From: Dickeya solani IPO 2222
GTDB lineage: Bacteria; Pseudomonadota; Gammaproteobacteria; Enterobacterales; Enterobacteriaceae
Length of the DNA stretch: 32,000 bases
NCBI RefSeq assembly: GCF_001644705.1
Contig: NZ_CP015137.1
Coordinates: 1,710,001 to 1,742,000, forward strand
Reading direction: 5' to 3'
Under the pieces are notes generated by a model. It did not search any database. It saw nothing but the letters and a program-made list of their open reading frames with translations, and had not been told where the DNA came from. Positions within the stretch are counted from its first letter, which is position 1; each line of letters starts with the position of its first letter. This document shows, one piece after another, positions 1 through 8,138 of the stretch. The position numbers and the translations under genes are program-made.

Positions 1-105
1 GGAGTCGAAAAATTCCATATTGAGCTGCTGAGCTAACTGACGGCCAATAGTGCTTTTGCCGGCACCCATAGGCCCAACCAGAAAGATATTGCGTTTCTCT
101 GCCAT
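1..105 (-). CDS. aroK: Shikimate kinase I, N-terminal 35 codons (gene continues off the left edge)
   Basis: The reverse complement of 1..105 translates to [35 protein letters not shown]. This includes the Walker A motif GPMGAGKST and closely matches the E. coli AroK N-terminus as recalled. It sits downstream of hofQ as in E. coli. Confidence 0.9.
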
Positions 106-407
106 TTTTTTGGTATTACTAAGAAATTCGTTAATGATAACCCGCCCCGCCATGTAACCTGCGGCGGAACCTAAACTGAAACCTCATGAGCGATAGTGCG
201 AGAATCAGACAAAAAATTATCTCAATACTCTGGGTAGTTTGGCAACCGAATAAAATGCCACACGAATCAGGCAGCGATAAACCGTGCGTTTTATCTATAC
301 TCCGCTGATGTAACACCACTTCCGTGCTCAAGCCGCTATCCTTGTATGCTAAAACGAGGGTATCGTCAAACGATGAAGGGCACTATTTAACTAAAGCGGG
401 TTAACAA

Positions 408-430
408 AGCGGGCCCGCCCCGCTCGTTTT
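408..430 (-). terminator. Hairpin downstream of hofQ, a possible intrinsic terminator
   Basis: agcgggcccgccccgct (408..424) forms a 6-bp GC stem with a 5-nt loop. It is flanked by T/A runs on both strands and lies 18 nt past the hofQ stop. Confidence 0.4.
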
Positions 431-441
431 CCTGCCCACTT

Positions 442-1746
442 TCAGGCCGCCGGAGCGCGCCTGACCGACTGAATCAGCGTCGGGGTAATAAAGATCACCA
501 GCTCGCGGCGCGTGTGCTGCTGATTGTCGCTGCGGAACCATTGCCCTATACCCGGCAGCGCGCTCAGCCCCGGGACCTGCCGTTCCCCCTGATTCTTCTG
601 CTGCTGGAAAATACCGCCCAGCACAATGGTTTCACCATCCTGAACCGTCACCTGAGTCTGGATTTCCTGTTTATCGATCGCCAGTATCTCGGCCCCTTCT
701 CCCTGTTTGATGGCACGCCCCGGCATATTCTGACTAATCAACAGATTGAGCGTGATCTGCCCGCCATGCAGAATCCTGGGCGTGACTTCCATTCCCAACA
801 CCGCTTCCTTGAACTCAATCGACGTTGAACCACTGGCGCCGCTGGACACCTGATACGGGATTTCAGTGCCCTGCTTGATGCTGGCCGTCTGCTGATGCGC
901 GGTAAACAGGCGCGGACTGGCGATGATCTCGACTTCATTTTCCTGTTCCAGCGCCATCAATTCCAGATCCAGCAGTCGCCCGTTCAACTTCGCCAGATGA
1001 AACCCGGCATTGATAGCGGACGATTCCACCGGCAGGCTGACGCTGAAATTGTTCATTTGCAGCGCCTGGCCCGTCGTCGTGGCATCGCCCAGCCCCCAGT
1101 TAACGCCCAGCGCCTTAAGATGTTCGCTACTGATGGTCACGATATGCGCCGCCAGTTGCACCTGCGCCAGCGGTTTGTCCAGTTCCCCGACCCAGGGGCG
1201 AATTTGCTCCAGTGCGGCAGCGACATCCCTCACCAACAGCGTATTGGTGCGCTTGTCCACCGTTACGCTGCCACGCTCGGTCAGTAAAGTACCGCGCTGA
1301 CTCTGCAGGCTCGTTACCACATCGGCGGCTTCCGCATACTGCAGGGTAACGGACAAATTCTGCAACGGCAGTTGCTGACGCTGTTTGGCTGCCAGCTCCT
1401 CCTGCTGCCGCTGCCGATCTTTCAGATAGGTATCGGGGTAGACCATCATGACGCTGTCCTGCCGTTCAATCGTCAACTGTCCCATACGCAAAATAATATC
1501 GAGCGCCTGCTGCCAGGGAACCTGCTGCAAATTCAGGCTGACGTTGCCCGTCACGCCCGGCGCCACCACCAGATTAAGCTGCTGATGATCGGCCAACGCC
1601 TGCAAGACGCGCTGAACCGGTACATCGTCGAACGCCAGCGAAACCGGCTCGTCGCCTCGGGCTTCGGCCAGCATGCTGCTAAACAGCATCATCACCAGCC
1701 ATCCGTACCAACGTAGCCGTCTGCCGGGAAAACATCCTGTCTTCAT
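442..1746 (-). CDS. hofQ: Secretin-family outer-membrane DNA-uptake porin HofQ (ComE/PilQ-like)
   Basis: The 434-aa ORF has a secretin C-terminal region (VTVQDGETIVLGGIF..PGLSALPGIG..ELVIFITPTLI). It is the last gene of a five-gene hofMNOPQ-type cluster next to aroK. Confidence 0.85.
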   Translation of the reverse strand: MKTGCFPGRRLRWYGWLVMMLFSSMLAEARGDEPVSLAFDDVPVQRVLQALADHQQLNLVVAPGVTGNVSLNLQQVPWQQALDIILRMGQLTIERQDSVMMVYPDTYLKDRQRQQEELAAKQRQQLPLQNLSVTLQYAEAADVVTSLQSQRGTLLTERGSVTVDKRTNTLLVRDVAAALEQIRPWVGELDKPLAQVQLAAHIVTISSEHLKALGVNWGLGDATTTGQALQMNNFSVSLPVESSAINAGFHLAKLNGRLLDLELMALEQENEVEIIASPRLFTAHQQTASIKQGTEIPYQVSSGASGSTSIEFKEAVLGMEVTPRILHGGQITLNLLISQNMPGRAIKQGEGAEILAIDKQEIQTQVTVQDGETIVLGGIFQQQKNQGERQVPGLSALPGIGQWFRSDNQQHTRRELVIFITPTLIQSVRRAPAA

Positions 1747-1749
1747 GCG

Positions 1750-2106
1750 TTATTCCTTTTTGTGATGAAAGGGCGAACCAAGATGAAGTTCCGCTGCCCC
1801 ACAGCGCGCCTTCTCGTCTGCCGGGCGCAACGTGGCGCCAGTGCGATCCAGCCGCGTAATCCGCCAGTCGCCGGGCGGGATAACGTCGCCACCGCGGACG
1901 CGCAGCCAGCCGCTTTGCGTCTGCGCCAGCCATCCGACCCACTGCGATGACGAGCCCACCATCCCTTTCAACCGCCATTCACCCGGTAACGTTCGGCTCT
2001 CACACGAGACGTCCTGCCGTGGCTGAAACGGATCGCGCATCGTCTCCGCCCTCACCATTCCCGACAGCAAACCGAGCCACAGCGCGGCGCCTCGCCACCC
2101 GCTCAT
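1750..2106 (-). CDS. hofP: HofP-like (PilP-like) DNA-utilisation/pilus-assembly protein
   Basis: The 118-aa ORF has an N-terminal signal-like segment. Its start overlaps the hofO stop (ATGA at 2103..2106) and it ends 3 nt before the hofQ start. The call rests mainly on position in the hof cluster. Confidence 0.6.
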   Translation of the reverse strand: MSGWRGAALWLGLLSGMVRAETMRDPFQPRQDVSCESRTLPGEWRLKGMVGSSSQWVGWLAQTQSGWLRVRGGDVIPPGDWRITRLDRTGATLRPADEKARCGAAELHLGSPFHHKKE

Positions 2107-2657
2107 CGCGTCACCTCCACTGGCTGCGGCAGCGACAGCCGCAGTTCGATACGCAACCCGGCTGGCGCTTTTCGGATCGTCATATGATCAATGCGCAGCA
2201 CTACCGGGAGCGCCCTGAAACGCGTCAGAAAATTCAGGGTCGCAGCATACTCCGCGCTAAAAACCAGCAACCAAGCTGGCGATACCGTGTTCACGTCTTC
2301 CGTCTGCACCGGACGCCACGTCACCAGATGTACGCCGCTATCACGCAGCGGCGCTTCCAGCCACGATGCCACGCGATCCAACGGCCAGTCCGCCGCCGAT
2401 GGCGGCTGGTCAGCCAACCAGCGCTGAAGCGCGTGCAAGGCTGGCATGCGGGTAATTTTCTCCCGCCACTGCTCAATGGTCAGCACACTGTCCCGACGCT
2501 GCTGCTCAAGTTGCAACAGCACCTGCCGTTCTGCCGAAATCCATACCCCGCCGACGATGAGCGCCACGAGCATCACTAACGCCGATGGCGCCAGCAACAG
2601 CAGCCACAGCGGCGTCACCAGCCAGCGGGCAGTCATGGGGTAAAGCCATGTCATCAT
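2103..2657 (-). CDS. hofO: HofO-like (PilO-like) protein
   Basis: The ORF track gives 2103..2690. I prefer the ATG at 2657, which overlaps the hofN TGA by 1 nt (tgatg) and gives 184 aa with one N-terminal TM segment. The call rests on position. Confidence 0.55.
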   Translation of the reverse strand: MMTWLYPMTARWLVTPLWLLLLAPSALVMLVALIVGGVWISAERQVLLQLEQQRRDSVLTIEQWREKITRMPALHALQRWLADQPPSAADWPLDRVASWLEAPLRDSGVHLVTWRPVQTEDVNTVSPAWLLVFSAEYAATLNFLTRFRALPVVLRIDHMTIRKAPAGLRIELRLSLPQPVEVTR

Positions 2658-3214
2658 CACTTCGCTCCTGGCTCGGCCAATACCTGCCAATACAGGCGCA
2701 ATGAGAAACTCAATTTTGTACTATCCTGCGTGTCGCGCTGCGTCTGTTGTACGCTGGCGTGTTCTATCTGCGGTAACGTCGCCATCGCCTTCGCCAGAGC
2801 GACAATAGCTGAATAGTGATCACTCACTCCGGATATCTGGAGATGGGCACCGTTATCGCCGATTTCCGTCAGCCAGAGCGAATCGGGCACCAGCGTCGGC
2901 AACTGTTCAAGCAGCGCCTGATAGCGCAGATTCTGCCGTCGTCCCCGTTCCTGCGCCGCCTGCTGCGCCAACCGGTCTTCCCGCGCCTGCCAGGCATCCT
3001 GCGTCTGGCGGTAGAGCTGTTCATATCGCGACTGTTGCGACTGCGTTTGATCGAGACGCTGCCGCAGACCCGTAAGCTGTTGCTGCCAGTACCAGCCGAC
3101 CATAGCCGCCGCACAACCGATACCAAATAGCGACAAACCCAGCGTCAGCAGGCTCAGCCGCATACGCCGATATAACAGACGCTGGCGCCACGCCAGAAGA
3201 TTCACCGTCAGCAT
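2657..3214 (-). CDS. hofN: HofN-like (PilN-like) protein
   Basis: The 185-aa ORF starts MLTVNLLAWRQ, followed by a TM segment and a coiled-coil-like Q/R-rich region, as is typical of PilN/HofN. It overlaps the hofM stop. Confidence 0.65.
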   Translation of the reverse strand: MLTVNLLAWRQRLLYRRMRLSLLTLGLSLFGIGCAAAMVGWYWQQQLTGLRQRLDQTQSQQSRYEQLYRQTQDAWQAREDRLAQQAAQERGRRQNLRYQALLEQLPTLVPDSLWLTEIGDNGAHLQISGVSDHYSAIVALAKAMATLPQIEHASVQQTQRDTQDSTKLSFSLRLYWQVLAEPGAK

Positions 3215-4137
3215 GGCGTATCCTCCGGGCGCACCGCCAGACCACCGGCAATGGCAAAGGCGGCAGGAAACGCCGGTAGCGGAGGCTGCTGCCGATCAAA
3301 CGCGCTCAGGGGCGACCAGGTAATCAACGTAGCGGGAACCTGTTGCAGATACTCCGGCGCAGAGGCGCTGAGATAAGCCTGATGATCAGCGTTATTTTGA
3401 TAGCATGCACTTACATACTTCAGTACATCAGGCATCTCCGCTACGCCATCCGAACAGCTCGTCATGTCATCTGGGTGACTCACCTTGCCATCTGGATAAA
3501 TGCTATCTGGATAAAGGTCATCCTGATAAAAAGTACCGAATGCCAGCGGTGCCTCCAGCGGCGCAACCCACAGCCAATGATCGTCGAAACGATGCAATAA
3601 CAGGCGATCGGTGGCCAGCCCGGTCTGGGCGGCCATGCAACGCAAAGCGCAGGGAGTAATATCCACGGCGTCGGGTTGCAGGCCGGCATCGCGCAAGCAA
3701 TCTAGCCAGACATTCAATTCGGTTTGGCGCGCCGCGGTGACCAGCAGCGTATTCGGCGTTTGCGGGTCGGGGCGATAATCCAGCGCCAGATCGTCGCCGC
3801 TGACCGGCAACGCTTTTGCCGCCAGCTTTGCGATATATTCGCCGCGCCGCGGCTCACGCAAACGCTGGTCAGGCATCGCCAGCCGTTGTTGCAGTATCCG
3901 CGAGGCGGGAAATCCCAACCGTAATGAAACAAATCGTGGCAATTCCTGCCGCCATTGACGAAGAACCGTACAAAGCGCAGCGGGATGATGTAGACTACCG
4001 CCGCTTAATGTACCGCCCGGCAACGGCAACTGCCACCAGTGACGCAATTGCCAGCCATGCCTGCGGCGCTGTACGGCCAGAGCACGCATAAAGCCATTCT
4101 GGATATCCAGTCCAACCTGCCAGATGGGATAAGCCAT
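3208..4137 (-). CDS. hofM: HofM-like (PilM-like) protein, about 50 aa longer than the E. coli HofM I recall
   Basis: The 309-aa ORF is the first gene of the cluster and is divergent from mrcA as in E. coli. The N-terminus MAYPIWQVGLDIQ resembles E. coli MAFKIWQIGLHLQ. Confidence 0.7.
   Translation of the reverse strand: MAYPIWQVGLDIQNGFMRALAVQRRRHGWQLRHWWQLPLPGGTLSGGSLHHPAALCTVLRQWRQELPRFVSLRLGFPASRILQQRLAMPDQRLREPRRGEYIAKLAAKALPVSGDDLALDYRPDPQTPNTLLVTAARQTELNVWLDCLRDAGLQPDAVDITPCALRCMAAQTGLATDRLLLHRFDDHWLWVAPLEAPLAFGTFYQDDLYPDSIYPDGKVSHPDDMTSCSDGVAEMPDVLKYVSACYQNNADHQAYLSASAPEYLQQVPATLITWSPLSAFDRQQPPLPAFPAAFAIAGGLAVRPEDTPC
3490..3534. repeat. In-frame 15-nt x3 tandem repeat inside hofM
   Basis: The three units are atctggataaatgct / atctggataaaggtc / atcctgataaaaagt. 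On the coding strand they encode YQDDL-YPDSI-YPDGK within the lower-GC extra segment of HofM. Confidence 0.75.
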
Positions 4138-4453
4138 GAGTGTTCGATCTCCTTATCGTTTCATAACAGAACAGATACCCGATGGATGTCGAGGTGCAGA
4201 TAAGGCGGCCACCGACCAGGTGAATCACTGGGAACTGAACCCGGTAACGGCAGGGTGACCAATCTGCCGGGCTGATTCGCCCCAGTTTGCAGCGCTCCTG
4301 ACGGGGCGAGGTCCAGAGAAGGGCCGGGACAGAGGGCGGCCAACGCGTCTGTAACCTGAAAGATGACGGGTATATCCACCTTGCTGGCTTCCCTTTATAC
4401 TAGCGCCCGTCTGTTTATAAACTGTTCAATTGCTACTGAATGGAAAATCTCCG

Positions 4454-7012
4454 GTGAAGTTCGTAAAGTACCTATTCATCCTTGCAGTGAGTTGCATTCT
4501 GCTGGGAGCCGCTTCGCTCTATGGCCTCTATCGCTATATCGAGCCACAGTTACCCGATGTCGCCACGCTGAAGGACGTCCGCCTGCAGACTCCGATGCAG
4601 GTTTACAGCGCCGATGGCGAACTGATCGCCCAGTTTGGCGAAAAGCGTCGTATCCCGCTGAAGCTGGATCAGGTTCCCCCCACGATGGTGAACGCGTTTA
4701 TCGCCACGGAAGACAGTCGTTTCTTCGAACATCATGGCGTTGACCCGCAGGGGATTATCCGTGCGGCGGTGATCGCTCTGACGTCAGGCCACGCCACGCA
4801 GGGGGCGAGCACCATCACCCAGCAGCTGGCGCGAAACTTCTTTCTGAGCCCCGAGCGCACGCTGTTGCGTAAAATCAAGGAAGTGTTTCTGGCGATTCGC
4901 ATCGAGCAAACGCTGACCAAGGAAGAAATTCTTGAGCTGTACCTGAACAAGATCTACCTGGGTTACCGTGCCTATGGCGTCGGTGCGGCGGCGCAGGTCT
5001 ATTTCGGCCGCCCGGTGGACCAGTTGACGCTGGCGCAGATGGCGATGATCGCCGGTCTGCCGAAAGCGCCGTCCACCTTCAACCCGCTCTATTCCTACGA
5101 TCGCGCCGTCGCTCGCCGCAATGTGGTGTTGTCCCGCATGCTGGACGAAAACTACATTACGCAGGCGCAATACGATCAGGCCCGCAACGAAAAACTGGTG
5201 GCGGATTATCACGCGCCGGAAATCGCCTTCTCCGCACCTTATCTGGCCGAAATGGTTCGTCAGGAAATGGTGAAACGTTACGGCGAGGATGCTTATAACG
5301 ACGGTTATCAGGTCTACACCACCATCACCCGCAAGTTGCAGTTAGCGGCCGAAGACGCGGTACATAACAACGTCATCGCTTATGACATGCGCCACGGCTA
5401 CCGTGGGCCGGAGCAGGTGCTGTGGAAAGTGGGCACCCCGGCGTTGACCCAGGATAAAATTGTCGAGGCATTGAAAAAGCTGCCGGTCTACGGACCGCTG
5501 TTTCCGGCGGTGGTGACCGATGCCAGTGCGGACAAAGCCCACGCCATGATGGCCAACGGCGACAAAATCGAACTGCCGCTGGCGGGGGTGCGCTGGGCGC
5601 GCGCCTACCGTTCGGATGACCAGCAAGGCCCCACGCCGAAACGCGTGACGGACGTACTGGAAGCCGGCCAGCAAATCTGGGTGCGCAAAGTCGACAACGA
5701 CTGGTGGCTGGCGCAAGTGCCGGACGTCAACTCCTCGCTGGTGTCGCTCAATCCGAAAAACGGCGCCGTGCTGGCGCTGGTCGGGGGTTTTGACTTCAAC
5801 CAGAGCAAGTTCAACCGCGCCACGCAGGCGCTGCGTCAGGTTGGTTCGAACATCAAACCGTTCCTGTATACCGCGGCAATGGATAAAGGGCTGACACTGG
5901 CCACCATTCTCAACGACGCCCCGATTACGCGTTGGGATCCGGGCGCCGGTTCCGACTGGAGCCCGAAAAACTCGCCTCCGGTGTATGACGGTCCGATCCG
6001 TCTGCGTCAGGGACTGGGGCAGTCGAAAAACGTGGTGATGGTACGTGCGATGCGCGCCATGGGCGTAGATTACGCCGCCGATTATCTGGAGCGCTTCGGC
6101 TTCCCGGAACAGAACATCGTACATACCGAATCGTTGGCGCTGGGATCGGCGTCCTTTACGCCGCTACAGGTGGTGCGCGGTTACGCAGTGATGACCAACG
6201 GCGGTTATCTGGTCGACCCCTACTTCATCACCAAAATCGACAACGCCAGCGGCAACACCTTATTCACCGCCACCCCGAAAGTGGTGTGCGATACCTGCAA
6301 TCTGCCGGTGATTTACGGGGATACCCAACGTTCCGCTGTTTTGTCGGATGACAGCATGGAAAACGTGGCGACCTCGCAGGAAAACCCAATGCAGGCCGCC
6401 CCGCAGGCTGACCCGGCCACGCCGTCGGAAGTCGCCAGACAAGCAGCGACGCAACCTTATGCGCCGCATGTCATCAGCACGCCGCTGTCTTTCCTGATCA
6501 AAGATGCGCTGAACAGTAATGTGTTCGGCGAACCGGGCTGGATGGGAACCGGCTGGCGCGCGGGCAAAGTGCTGCAACGCCGCGATATCGGCGGTAAAAC
6601 CGGCACCACCAACAACTCAAAGGATGCCTGGTTCTCAGGTTATGGCCCCGATATCGTCGCCTCCGTGTGGATTGGTTTTGACGATCACCGCCGTGACCTT
6701 GGCCGGACATCGGCATCCGGCGTAATTCGCGACCAGATTTCCGGTTACGAAGGCGGCGCGAAGAGCGCCGAACCCGCCTGGGATGACTTCATGAAAGTGG
6801 CGCTGGCGGGCATACCGGAGCAGAAAACGCCGCCGCCGCAAGGCATCGTGACCGTAACCATCGATCGCAGCAGCGGCAAACTGTCGGATGGCGGCGCGAA
6901 CAGCCGTCAGGAATACTTCATCGATGGCACCCAGCCGACCGAACGGGCCGTGCATGACGCCGGTACCACGCTGTTCAATACCAGCAGCGGTCAGGCGGAA
7001 GAGCTGTTCTGA
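4454..7012 (+). CDS. mrcA: Penicillin-binding protein 1A (bifunctional glycosyltransferase/transpeptidase)
   Basis: The product is near-colinear with E. coli PBP1A (KFVKYLFILAVSCILLGAASLYGLYRYIEPQLPDVATLKDVRLQ..., EDSRFFEHHGVD, SNIKPF, KTGTTN). I place the start at GTG 4454 (MKFVKY...) rather than the TTG at 4430 in the track. Confidence 0.95.
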   Translation: MKFVKYLFILAVSCILLGAASLYGLYRYIEPQLPDVATLKDVRLQTPMQVYSADGELIAQFGEKRRIPLKLDQVPPTMVNAFIATEDSRFFEHHGVDPQGIIRAAVIALTSGHATQGASTITQQLARNFFLSPERTLLRKIKEVFLAIRIEQTLTKEEILELYLNKIYLGYRAYGVGAAAQVYFGRPVDQLTLAQMAMIAGLPKAPSTFNPLYSYDRAVARRNVVLSRMLDENYITQAQYDQARNEKLVADYHAPEIAFSAPYLAEMVRQEMVKRYGEDAYNDGYQVYTTITRKLQLAAEDAVHNNVIAYDMRHGYRGPEQVLWKVGTPALTQDKIVEALKKLPVYGPLFPAVVTDASADKAHAMMANGDKIELPLAGVRWARAYRSDDQQGPTPKRVTDVLEAGQQIWVRKVDNDWWLAQVPDVNSSLVSLNPKNGAVLALVGGFDFNQSKFNRATQALRQVGSNIKPFLYTAAMDKGLTLATILNDAPITRWDPGAGSDWSPKNSPPVYDGPIRLRQGLGQSKNVVMVRAMRAMGVDYAADYLERFGFPEQNIVHTESLALGSASFTPLQVVRGYAVMTNGGYLVDPYFITKIDNASGNTLFTATPKVVCDTCNLPVIYGDTQRSAVLSDDSMENVATSQENPMQAAPQADPATPSEVARQAATQPYAPHVISTPLSFLIKDALNSNVFGEPGWMGTGWRAGKVLQRRDIGGKTGTTNNSKDAWFSGYGPDIVASVWIGFDDHRRDLGRTSASGVIRDQISGYEGGAKSAEPAWDDFMKVALAGIPEQKTPPPQGIVTVTIDRSSGKLSDGGANSRQEYFIDGTQPTERAVHDAGTTLFNTSSGQAEELF

Positions 7013-7033
7013 TTTCGGCGGCGATAGGCTTTT

Positions 7034-7077
7034 GATCGAGATACGTTTTTAATTGAGATACGTTTTTGATTGAGATA
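7034..7077. repeat. 17-bp tandem repeat, about 2.6 copies, just after the mrcA stop
   Basis: The units are gatcgagatacgttttt / aattgagatacgttttt / gattgagata. Confidence 0.75.
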
Positions 7078-7080
7078 GCA

Positions 7081-7108
7081 AAAAGGCGCGAATATCGCGC
7101 CTTTTTCT
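7081..7108. terminator. Bidirectional intrinsic terminator between convergent mrcA and nudE
   Basis: The sequence is aaaaGGCGCGaatatCGCGCCttttt. It has a 6-bp GC stem and a 5-nt loop, with an A-run upstream and a T-run downstream. Confidence 0.8.
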
Positions 7109-7164
7109 TTGGTTACCCGTTTGGGTTATCAGTCGTCCTGACCAGGGGCGGACGTCGCTGTCGG

Positions 7165-7716
7165 TTATTGCCGGCCCAGCCACTGTTGCGCCAGAAACAG
7201 TGCGCTGACGTTGCGTGCTTCACGAAAATCCGGCTCTTTCAGCAACGACATCATGTCCGCCAGCGGCCAGCGCACCAGTTGCAGCGGTTCCGGTTCGTCG
7301 CCTTGCAGACGTTGCGGGTACAGTCCGTTCGCCACCACCACGTTCATGCGACTGGAAAAATAGGCCGGCGCCATAGTCAGGGTGGATAACAATTCAAACT
7401 GTTCCGCACCAAACCCGGCCTCTTCCATCAATTCACGGTTAGCCGCTTCAAACACCGTCTCACCCGGGTCTATCAGACCCTTGGGAAACCCCAGTTCGTA
7501 CTGCTCAATCCCTACCGCGTACTCACGAATCAACAGCAGCTCATCACCGCTCACCGGTACAATCATCACCGCTTCGCGGCCCGATGGACGCATACGTTCG
7601 TAAACGCGACGCTCGCCGTTGCTGAACTCCAGATCAACGGATTCCACATTGAACAGACGTGAACGGGCTACGGTCTCAACCTTGAGGATTTTGGGTTTTT
7701 GCAGGTTATTATTCAT
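7165..7716 (-). CDS. nudE: ADP compounds hydrolase NudE (Nudix family)
   Basis: The 183-aa product closely matches recalled E. coli NudE (LQKPKILKVETVARSRLFNVESVDLEFSNG.RRVYERMRP). The Nudix box GLIDPGETVFEAANRELMEEAGF is present. Confidence 0.9.
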   Translation of the reverse strand: MNNNLQKPKILKVETVARSRLFNVESVDLEFSNGERRVYERMRPSGREAVMIVPVSGDELLLIREYAVGIEQYELGFPKGLIDPGETVFEAANRELMEEAGFGAEQFELLSTLTMAPAYFSSRMNVVVANGLYPQRLQGDEPEPLQLVRWPLADMMSLLKEPDFREARNVSALFLAQQWLGRQ

Positions 7717-8138
7717 CGTGGCCTCTATAAGGAAACATCAACAGACCTTCCCTGTTCAGGCCAATGTCGGCACGGAACAAAAAACCGGTAGAGCCGCAGT
7801 TTCCTACAGAATATTCAGTGAGTCACATTGTGCGTTAACATTAACAGCAGCTGCAACTCTATCATGGTGACTTTACATATTGGCAACACCGTGTACACAT
7901 TAATTTTTTTAATACAAAAATCATAGCGTGCTTATGATCGGTTGTTGATGACTTATCAGAAAAAATTCAGACTTTCCTCATTTCCGCCGCCCTCCCCGCT
8001 TGCTAACATACAGTGTTAAACAACTAATAGTCGGTTAATTCAGTCATTAACCATGCGACACGGGTTAACATTGTTCGTGTAGTTTTGTTACTATCCGGAA
8101 ATAACAGAGGGAACCTTACGCTGTTGGCTGGAGATAAT

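Noticed and set aside
131-331. A 66-aa ORF in the hofQ-aroK spacer.
   Set aside because: It has no Shine-Dalgarno and its composition is implausible. The region is expected to hold the aroK promoter, and nothing supports a coding call.
4430-4453. Upstream extensions of ORF-track starts: mrcA 4430, igaA 8085, hslR 11107, hslO 11513, ompR 16607, orphan gene 22425, malP 29841, hofO 2690 and glpG 31596.
   Set aside because: Internal starts match the known protein N-termini and have better Shine-Dalgarno spacing or translational coupling. Several of the extensions would overlap the neighbouring gene.
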